A stretch of 29,455 nt of DNA. Source: Octopus sinensis. Taxonomy: Eukaryota. The notes under the pieces were generated by a model. It had not been told where the DNA came from and did not search any database. It was given only the letters and a program-made list of their open reading frames with translations. Shown piece by piece: positions 22,821 to 29,455 of this stretch (positions are counted from its first letter, which is position 1; each line of letters opens with the position of its first letter). The stretch covers positions 1-29,455 of the forward strand of contig NW_021836566.1 of NCBI RefSeq assembly GCF_006345805.1. The letters are read 5' to 3'. Position numbers and translations under genes: made by a program.

Positions 22821-23336
22821 CAACTAGACGTCTTCCGCAGAGTCTGCCACAGGACAATCTGCAGTTATACACTAAAAGATAGGGTCTAATGTCGATCTGT
22901 TTAGAAAGTGTAAGATTGTTGGAACTGAGAGATTCCTTATGCAGTCGCAATTGCGTTAGGCTGGTCATTTTGCCAATAAAGAGTGACGAAGGAACGTCCA
23001 AAGCTCTCATGTACAGCCAGTGTGATTGTGGGCACAGAAATGTTGGTCAACTATGGCTCAGATATAATGACAAGCTGAAGCGTAACCTCTCAGCGGTCAA
23101 TATGTCTTACAACACTTTTGAACGAACAGCCTTGAAGCGAATAGAATGGAGACCATTGTGTTAAAATGGCATGAGACTTTGTTTTAACCAGCATTAGCAA
23201 ATTTAAAGGTGCCGAGCAAAGAAGAAAAGCGTCTGCTAATGTACCACATACATTGACTCGTCATCTTCACATTTGCAACATCTGTGGGCTTCTTTGCAAA
23301 TCGTTGGCGGGACTTAAATGTTACATTCGACGTAAG
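22821..23336 (+). mobile_element. RTE (BovB-like) LINE 3' ORF remnant with C-terminal C2H2-like finger
   Basis: QLDVFRRVCHRTICSYTLKDRV / ERFLMQSQLR*AGH / SDEGTSKALMYSQCDCGHRNVGQLWLRYNDKLKRNL...EWRPLC* / HICNICGLLCKSLAGLKCYIR. These match the RTE motifs QLRW.GH, R..G.P.LRYKD.LK and C..C.R.C.S..GL.SH.R. Confidence 0.88.
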
Positions 23337-23599
23337 TATTATGACTGACAAAGGAAACATAGGTTGTCAGATCCTGAACGCATTTCGTTTTCAAAATTTA
23401 ACAGAATCTATGGGCATAATTTAATTGTTTTATGAACTCTTATTTTAAAACTGATCGTCATTGTGTTTCGGGCACTGCTGATAAAGCAAAGCAATGGAAT
23501 TGCAAATATCAAAAAACATTTCGTTTGGTATTTTTGCGCTTTCTCGTTCAATGACTGCCCTGAATTCGTTGACTTTTGCTGGCTTGTAACGTAAACTTT

Positions 23600-23720
23600 A
23601 TCTTTTAAGTATCCCTTTAAAATATGTAGAGTGGTTTTGGGTCCGGTGAACGCAGAGGGTATTCTTCAGAACATCGTTCAATTCATCAGTTTGGCAAAAA
23701 GTCATAGAGGCGGGACCTGA

Positions 23721-23756
<36 letters not shown>

Positions 23757-24444
23757 GATGTGTGGAGTAACGCATTTTGCTGGGAACAAAACCCCATACT
23801 TTCAAAGTCCTCTTGAATGCTTGGCCCGATAGATTGTCGCAGCAACTTCAATTAAAAATAGTCCAAACACAGTACCATCAAAAACGAATTTTGGTCAGTT
23901 AACGATAAGCCACTTCATACCTTAGCTCTTGGTAAATTAACATGATGTTCCTCCGTAATATGTGGATTCTCAGATCCCAAGTAGGTGCAGTTGTGGCACT
24001 GAATCGAGCCATTTAACCTAAATGTAGCCTCAGCACACCAAACAACCTTTGTTGGAAAGCTTGCAGCTTCTAAATCTTCTGCCAACTACCACTCGCAAAA
24101 CTCCACTCCTTGGCCCGGATCATCCTAACTGAGAAGCAGGGACTATTCTTGGAATATAACTTTTCCAATGGCAGGACTTCAAAATGCGATGGACGCTTGA
24201 TTTTGGAATTATTATTTCACAACTCGTGTGCTGCAAAGATCTTCTCAAACTTTGGTAATTCGTTTCACGTAGACTTTACATAACATCCTTTTACGTTCTG
24301 AGTTGGAATCCAATCGAAGCTAAATTTGCTTTTCTTCAAGCTCGATAAAATATAGTCCCTTGTAAAGAATTTTTACCATGTGGAAAAGATAAAAAAACTA
24401 ATATTTGAGTAAAAATGCAATGAAATTGGAGGTGAGTTAAACTG
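23600..24444 (-). mobile_element. Tc1/mariner-superfamily transposase remnant
   Basis: Minus translation: [23 protein letters not shown] / [51 protein letters not shown] / FDGTV / QQNALLH, matching W(S)DEA.F.LNG.VN.HNC.YW...NPH and FQQDGAPPH. An (ATT)n tract sits inside. Confidence 0.85.
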
Positions 24445-24730
24445 TTAACGATTGAAATTATTCCTGGCGTTTTTAACGATCGATTTTGCCGAGGGAGGAA
24501 ACCGTCCCACGGAATATATCGCTAGCAAAAATAGAGGAATTATTAGATTCGCCAACTTTCAAGCTGCAAGAACAGTGATTCAGTTTGTGAAAATGGTTCT
24601 GCTGCAAACAATACAGTGCTAAACCTTCCATGTTCTTGGAAGAGTTGACCGTCACGTGATCTAGCCTCGTTTTTCAGTAATTTTTGAAGATCAGCCCTGT
24701 TTCTAACAATCCTGAAAATTCCCCCAAAAG

Positions 24731-24935
24731 TGGTGGTGGTGGTGGTGGTGGTGGTGGAGGTGGTATTGTTGTTGATGGTGGTGTGGTGGTGGTGGTGGTG
24801 GAGGTGGTATTGTTGTTGATGGTGGTGGTGGTGGTGGTGGTGGTGGTGGTGGTGGTGGTGGTGGTATTGTTGTTGATGGTGGTGGTGGTGGTGGTGGTGG
24901 AGGTGGTATTGTTGTTGATGGTGGTGGAGGTGTGT
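24731..24935. repeat. (GGT)n with a recurring GGTATTGTTGTTGAT cassette (higher-order repeat, 4 copies)
   Basis: Read directly from the sequence. Confidence 0.93.
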
Positions 24936-25876
24936 ATGGGTACATGAGCATATATATGTGCGTGTCTCTGAGGAAGAACGTTAGAGTAATCTTCCTACGA
25001 ATGTTTTCGAGGCAAACAAAGCAAAAGAGTGAGGGAGAGGGAGGAGGTGATGGGGAAGGAGAAAGGATGGGGGGGGGAGAAAAAGAGCCGAGAAGAAATA
25101 TAGAGAAATAAAGTAAAGAGTGTCGAAACAAACCGAGTTTATCACCGAGTCACACCGAGGTTAGCAAACGGGTGAGAGAAAGAGAGAGAGAGAGGGGGGA
25201 GAGAGAGAGACAAAGATAGAGAGAGAGGGGGAGAGAGATGGAGATATAGGGAATGAGTGGGGTGGGGGGGGAGAAATAGATCGAGAGAGATGCAAATGAG
25301 AAAGGTGAAAGGCGATTGGTCAAGAACTTTAACGAGTCCAAAAGTTAAGCTCCTTAAAGTAAATTCTTCAAATATTCCGTAAGATGAGGGGAGAGAGAAG
25401 GAGGAGGAGGAGGAGGAAGAGAGAGAAAGTGACTGTGTTTCGAGGAGGGTGTTGTCGTAAACACTTAACTTTCAATGACCCAATCGACTGAGCTGTAATT
25501 ATGAACAACAAGATGGCGGAACTCGCTGTTTAAGCAGCGATCAACAGCGTCAAACAAGTCTCATTAGGTTCGATGGCTGAGTTGGACTCCCCTTCAGTGT
25601 TGTTACTGGGAGAGCATTAAACTTTGTAAGTGTGGTCGTTGTGAGGTATAAGAGGCGAAGGCAAAGTTTACAGTGAAATAATGGAGTGATGGCGCTTCGT
25701 CGTGTGTAGGTTCGAGTGTGAAGATAAAGAAAAGAATGTGTATTTATGAATACGTGGGAATAAGCTCTATGTGTACGTCAGTCAAATGTTTGTGAGTGTA
25801 TCTATACAAAAAATATAGAGAAAAAACATGTTGAAGTGACAGAAAGATAGAAAAATAGTAAGGTAGGGAATATTAA

Positions 25877-26220
25877 TGGATAGTGGCTGTGTGATAAGTA
25901 GCTTGCTTACCAACCACATGGTTTCGGGTTCATGTGTCTTCTACTATAGCCTCGGGCCGGCCAAAGCCTTTTGAGTGGATTTGGTTGACGGAAACTGAAA
26001 GAAGCCCGTCGTATATATATGTATCTATATGTATGCTGGTGTGTTTACGTCCCCGTAACTTAGCGGTTCGGCAAAACAGGCCGATAGAATAAGTACTAGG
26101 CTTACAAAGAATAAGTCCTGGGGTCGATGTGTTTGACTAAAGGCGGTGCTCCAGCATGGTCACAGTCTGTGATAAGTAGCTTGCTTACAGACTGAAACAA
26201 GTAAAAAAGTAAAAGAGTAA
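25877..26220 (+). mobile_element. Rearranged SINE copy (two internal deletions; head segment duplicated in the tail)
   Basis: Colinear with the reverse complement of 6072-6465, but lacks the segment after GGGTTCA and most of the CA spacer. Confidence 0.9.
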
Positions 26221-26311
26221 ATAACTGATACATACATACATACATACATACATACATACATACATACATACATACATACATACATACGTGCATACATACG
26301 TGCATACATAC

Positions 26312-26986
26312 AAGAATCCACAGTATGGTAGAAGCCATAGCCACTCATAAAAAGAAATACTGGTGGAATGTCCCAGTGAAAATCTCAATAAGATATAAAC
26401 ACAATAGACCTGATATTAATGATTTGGGATAGAGAAGAGAAAGTGTGCACTGTTGTGGAAATTAGCTGCCCAGCTGATGTTAGCATAAAGCTGAGGATCA
26501 TTGAAAAAGAGTACACCTATGCTGAACTATTCAAAAATCTGCAGTTACTCTATCCAGATTACAAGTTCACATTTATACCTGTAATTATTGGGGCCCTGGG
26601 ATATGTAACAAACTGCTTAAATACCAATCTTGAGAAATTAGGCTTCTCAAAACCAGAAAGGAGAAAGCTAATTCGAAGACTACAGATCCAATCCATCACT
26701 GGAACTGTTAAAATCTGTAAAACTTTCCAGAAGTTTATCATTTAAATGTATATGAGCATGTCTAGATATGCAACTATATGCATGAGAATACATACATAAA
26801 GCAAATATCCATCCATCCATCCATCCATCCATCCATCCATCCATATATACATACATACATACATACATACATACATACATACAAAAGAACCCTGTTTTTG
26901 ATGTGGAAATTCCAATGAAGGAACCTTGGCTCTAAGTTAGAAGCCGGTTCTTTATTGACAAGAAATCTTGAAATAAAACTGAACAA
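26312..26986 (+). mobile_element. 5'-truncated non-LTR retrotransposon with a restriction-like endonuclease (R4/Dong- or NeSL-like), 3' end
   Basis: YWWNVPVKISIRYKHNRPDI (frameshift) MIWDREEKVCTVVEISCP...EKEYTYAELF...FIPVIIGALG...KICKTFQKFII* (26419-26745): RPD...E.S-type PD-(D/E)xK with the IGALG motif. A 3' UTR follows, containing AATAAA (~26971), then (CATA)n. Confidence 0.85.
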
Positions 26987-27008
26987 TGACATACATACAC
27001 AGACATAA

Positions 27009-27045
<37 letters not shown>

Positions 27046-27829
27046 GGCATAAATAACCTAACCAGTAAGCCACTAGCCTCCATTGTACATATATATGTGT
27101 ACATACATATACTTGTCCCTTCAGTGATTACCTGAACCTGTAACACTAGTTCTACCAGGACAATTGATTGAATATGTTCACAGTTATATTCTTACCGTTT
27201 CTCTGACAGGGAATATTACATATTTTCATAACAACGTTTGTTCGTTAATTTTTTTCTCTTTGTTTCTTTTTTCCTTTTTGGTTTTGTTTTGTAATGTCTG
27301 ACTTCGTAAAATAATGTTTACTTAACAAGTCACAGGTTATATCATGCTGACGATTTCTAAAAGTGATGAAATAGTACTATATATATATATATATGATTAA
27401 TACCGGTTAGAAATTATAATAAGTTAACACAACAATTAAAATGTGATTTCTAAGGGGCTTTTTTGTCGTAGTTCCTTAATCTAAAACTCTAATTTCTTAC
27501 CCTACCTCATATTAGAAAGAAATTATCACCTCCCTTGTAACAGCTGCCCTCACTAGAGAAACCATGTATTTTTCTAATACATACATAAATACATGAATAC
27601 TAAAGTGTTGTCCGCATATAACAGGTAACTTTGGAAGTATAATTTTGTCAGCATGGATAATATCAGGAAATATGGCATACATGCAAAAAATTATATTCAG
27701 GTTTTACCAAATTTTTTGGTGCTTATATAAAGGATTAAGTGGAAAATAATTTTCAGGAAACAAACTTAATATCTTGAAATGAAATTAAATAAAACAATAT
27801 AAAAACGTAAGAAAAAGGTAAAAACAAAA

Positions 27830-28400
27830 TTATTTACCTTGTCGATTTTACATTATTAAGCTCACAAATAAACGCATTCGCACAGCCCCCTTCAGCTTCA
27901 AATCTACTGCCCCTGATGTTTTCCTTCAAGCTGGGGCTACACCCAGAAGCCACTGGGAACAAGGTCTGCACTTTATGGATAGAGAGGGACAAATTTTGCG
28001 GATGTTCAGATCTCTAAGAATAATTCTTTGTACGGTTGTCACACTAACTCCAAAATGTGTGCATATTGTCTTCATAGGCAAACGGCGGTCTTCACCAGAA
28101 AATTATGAATTTTCTTATCACCCTTAATGTTCTGACATCCCTCTTCTTCCCACACCTTTCATCATATTTAATCGCTTCTCTACGTCCCAAAATATCTTGT
28201 GATAGACACAGAATTGATTCGTAAGTACTCTGGAGTATTTCATAAGCTGATGTAGAATTTTGCCCAGTTAAACACAAAGCATTATTGCAAATTGAGCTTC
28301 CATACGTCCCAATTGCATTCAGCAAACAAATCAGCTATGACAAGCAGCGTTAATTGAGAGCGTTCGAAGGGCTGTTACATCCGTCCTCTTCAATATGGAA
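27830..28400 (-). mobile_element. Internally deleted mariner transposon remnant
   Basis: Minus translation: EAQFAIMLCV*LGK / NSTSAYEILQSTYE / GRREAIKYDERCG / EDRRLPMKTICTHFGVSVTTVQRIILRDLNIRKI, joined almost directly to P*SADLVPSGFWV*P / LKENIRGSRFE (= PYSPDLAPSDFWLFP.LK..LRG.RF). Confidence 0.82.
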
Positions 28401-28904
28401 TAACAATTTTTGGCAGGTCAGCTTATTAGAGGTGTAATAATGATATACTTTTGTCTTTCCACCCTGAAGACGACGCCGAATATATGCAGTGTTTATTTGC
28501 TTCCATTGCGGGTTGCATTTTCTGGAGAATTATATCTGCCAACATTATGAACTAATTCCGGTCTCCCAGAAACAGCTGTCGGACGTGTAATATCATAGAA
28601 TGTCTCTTTCCTTTTCTTTTGATCTTGTACTCTGTGTAAATTTACTCTGTTCATTTATAAATATCGATATATACATTCCTGAATATTCATCGACTGAAAA
28701 TGTTCAGTCTTCGCTATATTTCTATTTACATGTATGTACATGTATATATATTTTGTATATCAAGCATATTTTTACTGTTCCACTCATAGATCGCAATTGT
28801 ACGAATCAGCCGGTCAATTTCTCTTTCTAAAAACCTCAGTTTATCCATACATATGTATGTATTTATGTATGTATATATGTGTCAGGTCACTTTCGAGTGC
28901 TACT

Positions 28905-29430
28905 GGTAACACGTAATCCAGTGTAACCTGTTGCATGGTCGGGTCGTCGGCGACTAACCTGGCAACCCCACCAAGCTTGCTTGGTGAGGTGGGTGATTAT
29001 TGGACACCCTGCGGGATGAAAATCAAAACCCGTCAAAGGGTAGAGGAAATCTTGAGAGTCAACGGCCATCCAATAAATGTCTTAAGGCTGTATCATGCGC
29101 GGGGACATAGAAATAATCGGACTGAATACCCGATCGCGCGGTTAAACCATTGGGAGTGAAGGACTCCTAGCCTTTGTTAGGGCATCCTTCTAGGAGAAGG
29201 TAACTCAGTTAACTGGGATAACTCCGACATAAAACCTGCGGCTCAGTGGTTACCGATGATGTTGACTTGTTCTTCTTTTCGGATTATGGCTGCTGTTGCT
29301 TAGTGAGTGGGATTGACTCAGTGCACAGCCTTTCCTCACTTTAAAAAAAAATCTTCTTGCACAGGCATTGCACGATAACAACATTCATTAAGCTTCGTGC
29401 AATGGCCATACCCGATAATGAGGGGCCAGC
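28905..29430 (+). mobile_element. GC-richer, hairpin-rich interspersed element, possibly derived from a LINE (RTE-type) 5' UTR
   Basis: Several stems are visible. CTAGGAGAAGGTAACTC (~29190-29206) resembles a motif I recall from RTE 5' UTRs. No coding homology recognised. Confidence 0.35.
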
Positions 29431-29455
29431 CACCATATATGTATGTATGTATGTA

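Noticed and set aside
1686-25341. Long ORFs in the track (for example 2595-3515 306 aa, 11926-12636, 13249-14004, 19347-20000, 20786-21517, 24703-25131)
   Set aside because: They are translations of stop-free microsatellites (YLSI, poly-T/D/M/H/E/P) with no recognisable domain.
28474-28495. CTGAAGACGACGCCGAAT as another hammerhead
   Set aside because: No stem II pairing and no GAAA.
29321-29424. HDV-like ribozyme fold (P1 GTGCA/TGCAC, P2 TTCCTCA/TGAGGGG, P4 10-bp stem)
   Set aside because: No P3/L3 or P1.1 can be formed from the intervening CTTTAAAAAAAAATCTTCT.

Overview
Eukaryotic, repeat-saturated non-coding DNA, most likely from an octopus genome. That assignment is an inference from recalled octopus tRNA-SINE families and the extreme microsatellite load. 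I can support no intact host gene, and nearly every long ORF in the track is a microsatellite translation artefact. Identifiable content is: decayed retrotransposons (a Penelope-like RT at 1-1525, two RTE LINE 3' ends, an L1/Tx1-type C-terminus, a restriction-like-endonuclease LINE 3' end); three Tc1/mariner remnants; a hAT-type MITE; a fold-back MITE; several SINEs, some with TSDs and two nested in other TEs; a ~770-bp tandem duplication; and many simple repeats. The two most notable observations: (1) five copies, in three diverged lineages, of a minimal type-I hammerhead-ribozyme-like motif with a conserved stem II and a non-canonical core, four of them in a tandem, retrozyme-like arrangement; (2) a ~38-bp minisatellite that arose by amplifying a coding motif inside the Penelope RT. 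All family assignments come from manual translation and recalled motifs, not database searches.
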